From assembly GCA_018830295.1 (NCBI GenBank), contig JAHJSM010000001.1, forward strand, positions 1,980 to 65,979: a DNA stretch of 64,000 bases. Direction: 5' to 3'. Under the pieces are notes generated by a model. It did not search any database and was not told the DNA's origin. It saw only the letters and a list, made by a program, of their open reading frames with translations. Below are positions 18,189 through 29,800 of this stretch, one piece after another. Each line of letters starts with the position of its first letter. Position 1 is the stretch's first letter. This DNA is from Patescibacteria group bacterium. GTDB lineage: Bacteria > Patescibacteriota > Minisyncoccia > Portnoybacterales > UBA2143. A program made the position numbers and the translations under genes.

Positions 18189-19014
18189 GATTTTTATCAA
18201 TCTCGTCAAAATTAAAAACTGGACCGTCTTGGCAGACATATTTGCTCCCAGTCGCGCAGTGCTGGCACTTGCCCAACCCGCACTGCATCTTTCTTTCCAC
18301 ATTAACAAAAATTCTTCTATCGGCAATTCCCAATGGCCTCAATATTTTTTCAAGCGCCTCCATCATGGGCCCGGGGCCGCACATCGCCGCGACCGCATCA
18401 ACCGCGTTTATCTTTATATCATCAATTAATTCCGAAACCATTCCGACATATCCCTTCCAATTTTTATCCGGCTTATCAACCGTCAACAAAACCTTAATAT
18501 CTTTTTCCCATTTCTTAATCGCGTCCATCATTAATAAGTCCTTGGGCGTTCGCGCTCCGTAAATTAAATAGACATTCCCAAAATCTCCCCTGTTTTTAAT
18601 AATATACTCAATCAAAGCGGCAATGGGAGGAATGCCACATCCGCCCGTAACCATGACGACATCCTTGCCCGACATAAAATCAACGGGAAATCCATTTCCA
18701 TAAGGACCTCGCAAAAACGCTTCATCGCCTTCTTTTAATTGATGCAACTTCTCCGTCAAAACACCGGCCTTTCTAACAACCAAATCCAGATACCTTTTTT
18801 CATAAGGTGAGGAAGCCGCCCCAAAAGGCGCTTCGCCCCAGCCAAAAAGCCCAAACAAAAGAAATTGCCCCGGATTAAAAACCAGACCATTTTCATCCGC
18901 CTTAAACACACTCTTGCCTGGCTTCGGCGAGGCAAGGCGAAAACGGCTCACATTAGAAGAAAGTTTTTCTATCTTAATAATTTTAACTTTTTCTGGTTCG
19001 TAAATATTTTTCAT
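18181..19014 (-). CDS. Group 3b hydrogenase gamma subunit (FAD/NAD(P)-binding, 2Fe-2S)
   Basis: PGQF, RGPYGNGF, GG.G..P, MCGP..M, MQCGLGKCQHC...VCQDGPVF. Confidence 0.92.
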   Translation of the reverse strand: MKNIYEPEKVKIIKIEKLSSNVSRFRLASPKPGKSVFKADENGLVFNPGQFLLFGLFGWGEAPFGAASSPYEKRYLDLVVRKAGVLTEKLHQLKEGDEAFLRGPYGNGFPVDFMSGKDVVMVTGGCGIPPIAALIEYIIKNRGDFGNVYLIYGARTPKDLLMMDAIKKWEKDIKVLLTVDKPDKNWKGYVGMVSELIDDIKINAVDAVAAMCGPGPMMEALEKILRPLGIADRRIFVNVERKMQCGLGKCQHCATGSKYVCQDGPVFNFDEIDKNHD

Positions 19015-19912
19015 AATCCTCCACTATCTCCATTAAAACGCCTGCGATTCCGATGCCGGCGGGACAGTTGTTTTTGCAATTTCCGCAGGCGACACATTGC
19101 GATTTTCCATATTCCTTGTAGGCGCGGACGAATTTGTGATAAAACCAATTGTAATACCGCTCTTTAACCGTCGGATGAAATTTATGCCCTCCGGCGATTT
19201 TTGAAAAATTAGGCAGAGTACAAGCGTCCCACTGGCGACAACGAGAACAACTCTCGCCGTCTAAATTAACTCTGTCCTCAATAGAAAAACAATGACATAA
19301 GGGACAAACATAAGTGCAAATTCCGCAACCCAAACATTTTTTCGCCAATTCGTCCCAAATTTTATGATTCGCCGACCAGGCGACCGCTTCCGCCAGCAAC
19401 TCCGAATCAAGAAGCATCTCTTTCATTGGATTTGAATCGGTTGAATATTTCTTAATAACTGGCTTGGCTATTTTTTTAATCAATTTACTTTTAATCGCCT
19501 TCTTTCCTTTTTCTGTTAAAACCAAAACCTGATATTGTTTAGAATTTATTTTTTCTAAAATAATATCCCCGCCCATTGGGACAATAACTGTATTATCAGT
19601 CAAACCGACTAAAACCGATTTTTCTCTTCTTCGCCAATAATAAAAATCTTTTCGCGGCTTCTCCATGATTTCGTCCAACTGCGTCATCGCTTCCAAATGC
19701 GCCATATTTAAACCAAAAAGCAAAACTCGCCCCTCATAATCGGGAACGCTTAACTTTTGGCTTTTCAAGTCAAAGTTAAATGTTTCTTCCTTAGGCGGAA
19801 AAAAATATTGCTTCGGAGGCAAGACGCTTTTCCGAACATCAAAAACCGCGAAGCCCTTTTTTAACTCCTTCAGCCAGTTTTTTATTTCTTTTTTTTCTAT
19901 TACTAAAGGCAT
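18983..19912 (-). CDS. Group 3b hydrogenase beta subunit (4Fe-4S dicluster)
   Basis: CLGCGICTYVCPLCHCF, R.WDAC, CVACGNCKNNCP. Confidence 0.92.
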   Translation of the reverse strand: MPLVIEKKEIKNWLKELKKGFAVFDVRKSVLPPKQYFFPPKEETFNFDLKSQKLSVPDYEGRVLLFGLNMAHLEAMTQLDEIMEKPRKDFYYWRRREKSVLVGLTDNTVIVPMGGDIILEKINSKQYQVLVLTEKGKKAIKSKLIKKIAKPVIKKYSTDSNPMKEMLLDSELLAEAVAWSANHKIWDELAKKCLGCGICTYVCPLCHCFSIEDRVNLDGESCSRCRQWDACTLPNFSKIAGGHKFHPTVKERYYNWFYHKFVRAYKEYGKSQCVACGNCKNNCPAGIGIAGVLMEIVEDYEKYLRTRKS

Positions 19913-19974
19913 TATTATTATAATATCACAAAACTCAAAAAAACAAAAATCCTGATTCTATTTTTATTTAAGAA

Positions 19975-20391
19975 TCAGGATTCGTTCCGAATTTTTTTTA
20001 AAATTTTAACACAGAGATCCTCCACAGAATCTCTCTCGTTGACAATAACTGCCGGTATTCTGCTAAACATATTTCTTCTTCCTCTCCCTCGCGTTCTCGC
20101 TCGCGCTGTTATATTTTCGTGTTCCAACGCTCCAATCCAGGAACTTTTCGCATTCAATCCCACCGCCAAGTGATAGGCGCCCTTTATAATAATGACGATA
20201 AAATCAATTTTGCGTTTATCTATTGATTTAATTGTTGATGTCTTAAAAAAGTTAACAATTAATCTCTTTCTCTTAAGACGCCCAAGGGCTTCTTCCACTT
20301 TTTTTTCTGAAATATTGCCCCTCTCTCTTGTTCCGATATCACTCCTAAAAAAATCTTTCTTTTTGATTAAGTCAAAACCTATTCTTGCCAA
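19975..20391 (-). CDS. Basic hypothetical protein, possibly PD-(D/E)XK-like
   Basis: Strong SD AAGGAGGT before TTG; G..SE...D..KIDF...NAKSS pattern is only suggestive. Confidence 0.5.
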   Translation of the reverse strand: MARIGFDLIKKKDFFRSDIGTRERGNISEKKVEEALGRLKRKRLIVNFFKTSTIKSIDKRKIDFIVIIIKGAYHLAVGLNAKSSWIGALEHENITARARTRGRGRRNMFSRIPAVIVNERDSVEDLCVKILKKIRNES

Positions 20392-20421
20392 GAGACCACC
20401 TCCTTTTTAATTATTAAAAAA

Positions 20422-21063
20422 CTACTTCGCAAGCGCTTTTTCAATCGCGTCTCTAAAAACGCTATACGGTTGATTACCGACAATTTGCTCGCCATTAACA
20501 AAGAAATTAGGCGTTCCGCTCACGCCATCTTCCTGCGCTTGTTCAAACCATTTTTCCACGCTCGTTTTATATTTCTCCGCGTCAAAACACAAATTAAATT
20601 CTTTCTGGTTTAATCCCAAATCAGCCGCTATTATTTTGATATCCTCCGCCGCCTTAAGTTCTGCCGCTTTTTCAAAAAGCTTCTCGTTAAATTCCGCGAA
20701 TTTGCCCTGGTCTTGCGCGCACAAAATGGCCATTCCTAATTCAAGCGGGGAAAGCAAACGGGAAATAAATTTAACCTTTCCTGTTTTAATATATTCATCC
20801 ATAATCAAGGGCAGGGTATCCCTGTGAAAATTAGCGCAATGCCCGCAAAAATGACTTGAATAATCTATGAGCGTTACTGGCGCGTCTGGGTTGCCTAAAA
20901 AAAACTCTTCGCCTAAAACAGCGTCTGTCTGCTTCTCGCCGCTTCCCAAAACAGAAGCCGCCTGCTTTGCCACATCCAACCCGTAATTCCCCGCGTACCA
21001 AACAACACCCGCCAAAAACGCGATTGCCACCACTCCGAAAATAATTGTTTTATTGTTTTGCAT
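20422..21063 (-). CDS. Membrane-anchored DsbA/thioredoxin-fold oxidoreductase
   Basis: LGNPDAPVT, CGHC, GVSGTP.FFVNG. Confidence 0.92.
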   Translation of the reverse strand: MQNNKTIIFGVVAIAFLAGVVWYAGNYGLDVAKQAASVLGSGEKQTDAVLGEEFFLGNPDAPVTLIDYSSHFCGHCANFHRDTLPLIMDEYIKTGKVKFISRLLSPLELGMAILCAQDQGKFAEFNEKLFEKAAELKAAEDIKIIAADLGLNQKEFNLCFDAEKYKTSVEKWFEQAQEDGVSGTPNFFVNGEQIVGNQPYSVFRDAIEKALAK

Positions 21064-21171
21064 AAATTTAAGTTTAAAGTTTTATTTTTATTTCCCCCAT
21101 TTTACCACTAATCAAAAATCAACGCAAATTTTTCAAAACAAAAAAACAACCCAAGCAAAAGGATTGTTTTT

Positions 21172-21555
21172 TTATTTAACGAAATCTTTTTTTAATTCCT
21201 TGGAAACGCACGGACTGCTTCTTATCAAGGCCTTCAATTCTTTAATGTCTTTGTCCGATACGGATATTCCAATAGGTTCAATTCCTGTCGCTTTAATAAG
21301 GTCATTTCCTGTCATATGAAATGACGCAATTCTTTTTTTAAATTCTTTCGTGTCTAAAGTTACAAAAGCAAATATTGTTCTACTCTCAAGGTCCCTTCCG
21401 CCATTAGATATTCTGCGATTATAAAGAGATGATATTTTTTCACTATCCTTTTTGTTTAAAATCCAAGCCGCGTATATTGTATCAGGGGTAATCTTTAAAA
21501 ATATGTATTCTTTGCCATTGTATCTAAAGACATCGCCAAAAGTTATAGTTATCAT
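21172..21555 (-). CDS. Hypothetical protein, candidate toxin partner of Panacea antitoxin
   Basis: Starts 1 nt after the Panacea gene stop; no recognisable family. Confidence 0.55.
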   Translation of the reverse strand: MITITFGDVFRYNGKEYIFLKITPDTIYAAWILNKKDSEKISSLYNRRISNGGRDLESRTIFAFVTLDTKEFKKRIASFHMTGNDLIKATGIEPIGISVSDKDIKELKALIRSSPCVSKELKKDFVK

Positions 21556-21556
21556 C

Positions 21557-22099
21557 TTATTTGATTAAATCCATTAGCAATTTTATTTCTTCCTTAGTAA
21601 CCTTGCAATCAGCATCATCAGCAGCGAGTATATATGGAATTTTGTCTAAAAGTTCCGTGCTATTCCATGGAGATTCTTTATGCGATTCATCCTCTATTTT
21701 TCTTGTGTTAACATTTCCAAATCTAATACATACTTTTTGAAGTATATCTAATTCGTTTTCAGAAAAATATTTTTCATCATCTTTGCTAAATTTTCTTAGC
21801 GGCAAAATTCTATGTATTTTTTGTCCTTCTAATGTTTCTATTTTTATCGTATCTGACAAAATTGCGTCATCCATATCGTCATCAACATTATCAACTAAAT
21901 TTTTTATGTTTGATGGTATTGGCCCGCGTTCTAAATGAACATAATCGTCATAAGTTACCGGCGATCCATACTGTTTTACATGCATAAAATCCAAAAAGTA
22001 GAAAAGTTTCATCAACTTAACTTTGCCCAAAAATCTAGGATTAGTATGCGCGCAAAAATACAAAAGAATAGCTTTTAATTTTGATATAGATATACGCAT
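21557..22099 (-). CDS. Panacea (SocA/DUF4065) domain antitoxin
   Basis: KLMKLFYFLDF, Y.....GP.P, SH.E.PW motifs. Confidence 0.9.
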   Translation of the reverse strand: MRISISKLKAILLYFCAHTNPRFLGKVKLMKLFYFLDFMHVKQYGSPVTYDDYVHLERGPIPSNIKNLVDNVDDDMDDAILSDTIKIETLEGQKIHRILPLRKFSKDDEKYFSENELDILQKVCIRFGNVNTRKIEDESHKESPWNSTELLDKIPYILAADDADCKVTKEEIKLLMDLIK

Positions 22100-22210
22100 T
22101 TTTATAATTTAGGCAAGACTCAAAACCACTCAAGATGATTATAACACATTAGAAACCCGCAAAAAAGGGTTCCTGACACCTTTTTCTTCCTTCTATGTTG
22201 ATTTTATTAC

Positions 22211-22237
22211 ATTATCAACATTGCCAATGTTGATAAT
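22211..22237. promoter_or_regulatory. Perfect 13-1-13 inverted repeat upstream of Panacea gene
   Basis: ATTATCAACATTG-C-CAATGTTGATAAT, just downstream of the duplicated promoter. Confidence 0.55.
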
Positions 22238-22293
22238 ACATTTATTTGACATTTTACCACTAATCAAAAATCAACGCAAATTTTTGTAAATAA

Positions 22294-22322
22294 AAAAGTG
22301 TTCAACCCTGAAGGTTGAACAC
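22294..22322 (-). terminator. Palindromic terminator-like repeat, copy 1
   Basis: GTGTTCAACC-CTGAA-GGTTGAACAC with T-run on minus strand; identical 29-mer at 30537-30565. Confidence 0.75.
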
Positions 22323-22336
22323 TTTTTACTCTTCTC

Positions 22337-23143
22337 TTATTGTATTTTCCGCTTTCTCTTCCTAATCACAATCAAAACGCACAAAACTAATAAAACAATT
22401 CCTAAAATAATCAGCCATTCGCCTGAACCCAATCCCGCAATGCCGGCCAAAAGACCATTCTGATTATTTTCTTCCTCTTGGTCTAAAACTATTACTTGTT
22501 CATCGTCCTGCTTCTCGCTAACCTCATCTTTTGTTCCCAAACCCTCTCCTTCGTCTTTCCCCTCATCTTCTTTCGCGTCTTCTGAAAAAACTGGCGTTTC
22601 CGCTTTTGGCGTCTTTACCGATGGCGCAACTGGCGCGGCTGGAATTGTTGGAACTGGCGCTGGCGCCGCAATATTCACAGCCGTTTGAACTATTGAACCG
22701 CTTAAAATGTCTTGATTTTCCGCGTTAAGAACCATTGAATTACTTCCTAATCCAATCACTCCGCTACCAGATTTTTTGGCTGTAAACGAAACTGTCCCAA
22801 AAGCAACCGCCGAAGACAGCCCGCCCGGGTAGCCAGCCGTTTTAATAAGAATGCCGTTGGTATTATCAATTAAATCGTATCCCGACGCAGAAAGAGCCAT
22901 CCAGTTACTGCCAAAATTAAACGACTTTACTTCTAATAAATCAGCGGGATACTCAAGTTCTGCTTTCGTTGTATAACTTTTAACCCCTTGAGGATTGATT
23001 GACACAACCAAATCAAAATTCTCTCCTTGAACAACATTGACATTAACTGGCGAAAATGAAATAGTCGCCGCCGCAAAAACAGAACTCGCTAAAACAATTC
23101 CTCCTAAAACAGTTAGTATAGTTATTAATTTAGTTTTATTCAT
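22337..23143 (-). CDS. Cohesin-domain surface protein with Pro-rich linker and C-terminal membrane anchor
   Basis: Signal peptide; V..GE.F.L.V, L.YP.DLL.V.S, FG.V.F.AK.SG beta-sandwich; TM helix plus RKRKRK tail. Confidence 0.75.
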   Translation of the reverse strand: MNKTKLITILTVLGGIVLASSVFAAATISFSPVNVNVVQGENFDLVVSINPQGVKSYTTKAELEYPADLLEVKSFNFGSNWMALSASGYDLIDNTNGILIKTAGYPGGLSSAVAFGTVSFTAKKSGSGVIGLGSNSMVLNAENQDILSGSIVQTAVNIAAPAPVPTIPAAPVAPSVKTPKAETPVFSEDAKEDEGKDEGEGLGTKDEVSEKQDDEQVIVLDQEEENNQNGLLAGIAGLGSGEWLIILGIVLLVLCVLIVIRKRKRKIQ

Positions 23144-23157
23144 AATTTTTTGTCAAC

Positions 23158-23781
23158 CTATCCCGTCCAATAAGTCATTAATAAATTAAAGTCAAAAATA
23201 TCAACTGTTCCATTATTATCAAAGTCAGCCACATTACCACTCCCCGTCTTTCCCCAATTAATTACTAATGAGTTAAAGTCCAAAATATCAATTTTGTCAT
23301 CTCCATTAGTATCTACTACTTGAGCCGCCGCGCTAAGCGGACTTACTGGAGAAGGAGTTGACGAACCGCCGCTGCTGCTACCGCCAGAAGACACAGGAGG
23401 CGCCGGGGGTGGAGAAACTGGACTAATAACAGATAAATCAAGATAAACAATTGGATTCGTAGCAACATTAAGAGATTCGCATTGATTAGCATCATCAGCA
23501 ATCCCAATAACTTTGAATTTTATCATTTTGCCTTCATTAACGCTACCATCAGGGACATCAATAGAATATCTACCCTGAATTGTTACTGTTGTATTAGCAA
23601 CTTCTTTATCTTCTATTTCCGCTGTGATTATAGCGCCAACCGGCGCTAAACTACCATCAACTTCAACACTACCATAAACCAAAAGAGGTATTGATGGAGG
23701 AGAAGATTGGGCTAACGCCATCACAGGTATAATCAAAGCAGAAATTGTTAAGATAGTTAATAATTGTAATTTTGTTTTCAT
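23158..23781 (-). CDS. Secreted protein with C-terminal dockerin-like domain
   Basis: Signal peptide, Pro/Ser/Gly linker, duplicated Ca loops DTNGDDKIDILDF and DFDNNGTVDIFDF. Confidence 0.85.
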   Translation of the reverse strand: MKTKLQLLTILTISALIIPVMALAQSSPPSIPLLVYGSVEVDGSLAPVGAIITAEIEDKEVANTTVTIQGRYSIDVPDGSVNEGKMIKFKVIGIADDANQCESLNVATNPIVYLDLSVISPVSPPPAPPVSSGGSSSGGSSTPSPVSPLSAAAQVVDTNGDDKIDILDFNSLVINWGKTGSGNVADFDNNGTVDIFDFNLLMTYWTG

Positions 23782-23823
23782 AATTATTTTCTTAATGTTA
23801 AATACACCAAGTATTTAAGCATT

Positions 23824-26800
23824 TTATTTTTCGTTAAAAGTTACAATATTTCCTGCTTGATTCATCCACAACCAATATCCTTCTCCTGAATTCATATAGT
23901 CATCAGTTCTATTTACATTATTCTCATCTGATAGTATATAACTTCCTGTTAAACTTTGAAGATAAGTTGAGCTTAACATGCGAGCTGAAGTCGATTTCAA
24001 TCCAATAAGATTCCATCCTTGTACCACTTCATAGGTAGGCGATGGATTAGAAAATTCTGGCATCTCTGTCCCTGTTACAGTCAAAACAGCAGGGTTGGTC
24101 ATGTTTACCCAATAACCTTTTCCGTCTTCCATTGTTGTTAATGTTTTTACTTGACCAGGAACATAGTTTAACCATTCACCTGAATTATAATATTTTACTA
24201 ATATAATCTTATCGTTTATACCAGTAAGCACTGTGGCTATGTCAGTATTGCTAAATATCACTGGCAATGAAATTAAGTTCCAACCAGTGTTTAATTGAAT
24301 ATCGCAAGTCCATGTTCCACCGCCATTATCAGTACAAATCGGAGTTGGTTCAACCACCGCTTCTGTAATACTAATACTTCTAGCACTTGAGCCTTCCTTG
24401 CCAACTTCATCAGTAACAATAATTCTTATTGCTACATTCTCCCCAATAGCTTCTTCTGGCACAGTCCATTGGTAAAATGGTTGTGGATTATTATCGCTTT
24501 CTATAATCGTTGTCCAATTTGTTCCGCCATCCTTGGAATAATCTAATTTTGTTTTCAAATCTCCCATTGCAGTAATATTATCCGAAGCGTCCCAAGTAAT
24601 ATTATGGACTGAACCTGCTTGCCAATTCTCGCCTCCGTTAGGATTAATTAATTCAACGGTTGGAGAAGTGCTATCAACGCTTATTCCAAAAGCATCCACA
24701 TTTTGAGATATAATATTGTTTCCCGCTAAATCAGTAACTGTTATTTTTATATAACATTTAGAACTATTAACATTGGGAACAAGCCATGAATATTCACCAT
24801 CATTTGCTGTATTTATCACAATATCGTTCCAACTGTATTTATTATCATCAGAATATTTTAGTTTAATAGGCGCATTACTAAAATTATCATCTATGGCATC
24901 CCATTTTATAAGATATTGAGAACCGCCTTGTAGTGTTGAAGGGAAAACAAGAAGCGCGACTGTCGGCGTGTTGGCATCAATAGTTTTAGCAACATCACTT
25001 CCATCAACTGCAATTGAAACATTGCCTGCTGGGTCAGTTGCTTGCGCTCCTGTTAATTGTAAGGTAGTAGTTTGATCACTTTGCCCCTCTTCTACTGTAT
25101 AAGTTGCGGTATAAATATCTCCGCCGCTAACTGCAGTCCAAGTTAAATTTCCGCCGTTATAAGTGGCAGGGGTAATAGTTAAACCAGTTTCAGTAGTAGC
25201 GACATCAACTGTAAAAGTGACAGTATCTCCGATTTTTAACCAGCCTGCGCCAGTAGCGTCTGAAGTAACTGAACTGATTACTGGGGTATTAGCGTCAATT
25301 GCTAAAGTGTTGGCAGTTACGGTCGTATAGGCGATATTTTCATTACCTGCTGTGTCTTTTAGAATTACACTCGCTGTGATTGCGCCAGAAGCTACATCAA
25401 GATTTCCTTCTACCACAAGATAAGTTGCCGTATATGTATTATCGTTATTATCAACTAACGGGGCAGTAACATCTACGCTATTTACAGTGATAACACTGGC
25501 AGTATAACCAACCGCATCGGCAGTAATAGTTAAAATGACTGTATCGCCTACTTTAGCGGTTCCCGAATTTGGACTAACTTCAATTTTACTGATAGTCGGT
25601 GCGACTGTATCTACCGTCCAAGTATAAGTTGTCGCGCTTCCTTCTGCCTGCCAATTACCTGCTTGATCTCTTCCAATTACAGAAATTATATGAGAATCCT
25701 CGCTTAATCCGGTCTCACTTATTGCGGTAGCGAACGGTGTTTCTGCTCCATAACCTCTATCGTCTAAATCATATTTATAATAAACAACTTGATCACCGCT
25801 TACACTTAAAGTAATTTCATCACTGCTAATTGGACTAACTACATCTGGTAATATTGCAATTGGCGCAGTTTCGTCAATCAGATCGCAACTTTCATTAGTA
25901 CACCAAGGTCTGTAATTAAAATTACCACTTAAACTACCGATGCCGATTCCGTTTGGATTATCCGCATGAATTGGTCCTGAGGCGCTTCCCCACCAATTTT
26001 CCGCAAAAGCTTGACTAATTGACCCATAATTAATTACTGGGGAATTAAATTTATTTCTTTGTACTAAATAATTACTAGCATAATCAGCAATTCCTATATC
26101 TTCCGCATTGTCATGAAAATAATTTAACTTTACAGTCGCGTAGTTGATAGCGCCTATGCCAGCCGTATTATTATAGAATTCATTATTCTCTATATTAACA
26201 ATCCCGCTTCCGCTATTACCTAAATAAACCCCGGAAGTTAAATCGTGTATTGTATTATTTGTTATATTAACTCCATATACACCGGGTCTATCAAATAATA
26301 CACCTCTTCCACCAACGCTTGCTCCTTGCCCTACAAGAATATTATTAGATATTACAACACTAGTTACGCCAACTGGCAAATCTATTAAAACGCCGCCTGC
26401 GGATATTGTAAATTCCGTTACAGATACATCGTTGGCTGTAATTTCTAAATTACCATTAATAGTAGTGATGTTTTTTCCAGCGCCAACTAGATTTAACGCT
26501 TTATTAATTGTTAAATTTTCAGCATAAGTCCCAGCCGAGACATTAATTGTATCTCCCTCTGTCGCCTTGTTAATCGCTTCTTGAATGTTTATAAAATCAA
26601 CATCAGTTGTCCCAAAAGTAACATCAACAATCAATATTTTATTATAATTATAAACAAAAGAAACTGAATCTTTACTAACAGTATTCCCAGCAGAATCAGT
26701 AGCCGAAAGAACTAATGCATTTCTTCCATCATTTAAGTTAGCATTAGGAATCATTGCACCTAAACAACTAACATCAATTAGTGTTCCGCCATTTATAGTG

Positions 26801-29800
26801 TAGGAACAAGCAACTGAATTAGCATCGGTCGCTGTAAATGTTAGTGGTATATCAGCGATGTAAACAGTGTCTGCCACAGGGGAAATAAAGCTACTAATAA
26901 CTGGATTCGTTTTATCCCAAACCAAAGTCATTGTATCAGAAGAACTTTTTCCTGCATTATCAACAACTGTTAAACGGATTGTATAAGTATCGTCTGGGTT
27001 TGTTCCGTTTGCTTCAATTGTTGTATCTTCTGTGCTTGGTGTTCCAAAAGTAATTGTTCCAGCTCCACTTGTGGTTACATCTGTCCATAAATAACTTGCT
27101 ACTCCAGAAACACTATCATCAACTGTTGCATCTTGAGTAAATAGAGCGTTAACAATTTTATTTGTTCCAGCCTCTACATTAGGATCAGTTAAATCAACTT
27201 TAAATGTTTGATTTGCTATTTCTTCGTCATTCCCTGCAACATCTACTGAGTAATAATACAAAGTATCAGTGCCTTCTGAAGCAGTTAATATTCCTGTATA
27301 TTCTGCATAAGTTCCAGATGTCCCCCATTTATAATAAATTTTATCACAACCGCTTGTATCATCAGCGCAAGTCAATGTTATTGTTGGTTGCGTCACATAC
27401 CAGTTGCTCGTTCCATTTGGACTTACAGGACTTGTAATAAGAGTTGTTGCCGGAACAACTGTGTCCTTGATAATTCCACCCTCGCTGTCAGCTCCTATAT
27501 TTCCAGATGTATCAGCATCTTTGAAATATAAAGTAAATGAAGCGCCTTCTACCACTCCGCTAAATTCAGCGATAGCAGACATTTTTGTGACCCCGCTTGC
27601 GCAAACTGTCCAATTAGTGTCATCAACAGAACATTGCGAATTAGTTGAATCAGTTGCAAAAGTTATTACAGTATCACTATTTACATAAGCGCCAGTCAAC
27701 GGAGCAGTTATATTTACTACTGGAGCAATCATATCTTTAGTTGCGATACTGATTCCGGCTGAACTAACATTTCCCGCCGCATCAGTTAAAGTCGCGGAAG
27801 CTGTTAAATTTCCATCAGCCAAAGCTGAAACATCTATACTGGTAATATTAATATTCTCGCTTCCATCAACACTACTTACTCCCGTTATTTCTAAGGCTTC
27901 TTTATCTTTTACTGAATAACTTACAACAGCATTTGCTTCGCCAGTACCAGTAATAGTCATTGTTGAATTAACAATATTAATATCTGTTGCTAATATAGTC
28001 GGAGCGCCCGGCGTATTCGCGTCAATAGTTTTTACAACATCAATTCCATTTATTGAACCGCCGATATTTCCAACCAAATCAGTTAATGTAACGCCTGTTA
28101 ATTGCAAAGGTGAAGTTTGGTCCAATTGATCTTCCTCAACCGTATAAGTCGCCGTATAAGTTGTGCCATCAACAGTTAACCAAATCAAAGTTCCGCCATT
28201 ATAAACAGTTGGGCTAATAACCAAACCTGTTTCTGGAATAGTAGGGGTAACTGTAAAAATAATAGTATTCCCTACTTTTAATATTCCTGCTGTTGTTGCA
28301 TTAGAAATTACCGATGTTATAGCGGGAGCAAATGTATCAATATCATAACTAGCAGAACTTGTAGGTCCAACTGGAGCATTTCCGGCTACATCAGTCCAGT
28401 TAGTGCCAACGGTGATAACATTTTCATTATCATCAATATCTATTGCAGGAGTAAGGGTAGCTGTATAGATTTTTGCATCTCCATTGTCAATAGTAAAATT
28501 AGATAATGTCCCGTTTTCAATAACCGTCACATCATCGACAGTAAATCCAGTTGGTACTTCTGAAAATGCAAAGGTTACTGCGGCGGTTTCTCCGACTTTT
28601 AGAGCTGTGTCATTAAGAGTAATTGTAACTGTTGGTTCTAATGTATCAACATCAAATATTCCTGTGCTATCAGCATCCATCACATTCCCAGGTGTAGCTA
28701 AATCTACCGCGTCAGACACAATAATTATTGCCGTTGCTTCTTCGTTCGCATCTGAGAGAGTGAATATTTCTGTCCAAGTATTTCCAGACCAAGCGCCATC
28801 ACTTTGAGTTATTATAACGCCTATTATTCCCGTAAAGCTAAAAGTCGGGGCTGTAGAATTCATCGCCTCGCTAAATACAACAGTTATCGTAACATCTCCC
28901 ACTTTTGCCAAACTTGGGTTTGCTGTCACGCTAACAATAGTTGGCTTTGCTCCATCACTTACATCTTGATTTTCTACTTGAAGCAAGGCATTCTTTGAAT
29001 TATCCTCAAATGCGCCAACTGCAATTTCTAAATCTTCAGAATCGTCTGTAATCGCTGATGTTCCTAAATCTGAACCAAAAGTCAATACCACTACATCATC
29101 TTTGAATTCATTAATAAAAAACCCTGTCGGATTAATCCCTTTTAAAGTTATATTTTCAAGAGGATCTATGTAACCCCCAATGTCGTCTTCGCTAAATGTT
29201 AATTCAACGGTGGTTGAATTTGTTAAAACAGCTGTTTCCAATATTGGAGCAATACCATCAAAAGTAATAGGGCTTGCCACTGGAGCAGAAAGTCCAGCTA
29301 AATCTTTAACATCCCCAACGTAACCTACATTAGGAGTTTCTCCTGTCCCGAAATTAGTTCCCAACGTTAAAGTGATAACCCCATTTAATTCACTAGTGCC
29401 TGTTATTGTATAGCCCTCTACACTAAAATCAGCTATTGCATCTGTAGTTCCATCCAAATCCTCAGAAAATGCCAATTCAATAGTATTTATCGTTTTAGTT
29501 CTGGTTGACCAAAGTACAGGGTTAGCCTCATCTGTAGAAGTTTGAGAAAAACTTGCCAATGGATTACCAACCATATCTGCTCCACTTCCAGCAGTATAAA
29601 CAACAACTTTCGCTTCCGTTCCAGTTGCTTTATTTTCCACAACAATATCAAAAGTATTATCGTTTACTATGCCTCCAGTATCTATGGTAATTACAGGAGC
29701 TGAACCACATATAAAATCGCCTGCAGAAAAAGTTGAGTCATCTACTGCTTCACTAAATACAATAGTAGCCATTTCCACATTTCCATCACCATTGGTATCT

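Larger units (their letters stand above)
21098..22285. mobile_element. TA cassette bounded by a perfect 36-bp direct repeat
   Basis: CATTTTACCACTAATCAAAAATCAACGCAAATTTTT at 21098-21133 and 22250-22285. Confidence 0.7.

Noticed and set aside
22161-22186. AAAAAGGGTTCCTGACACCTTTTT as terminator or element end
   Set aside because: Single degenerate copy with weak stem; cannot be supported from this window.
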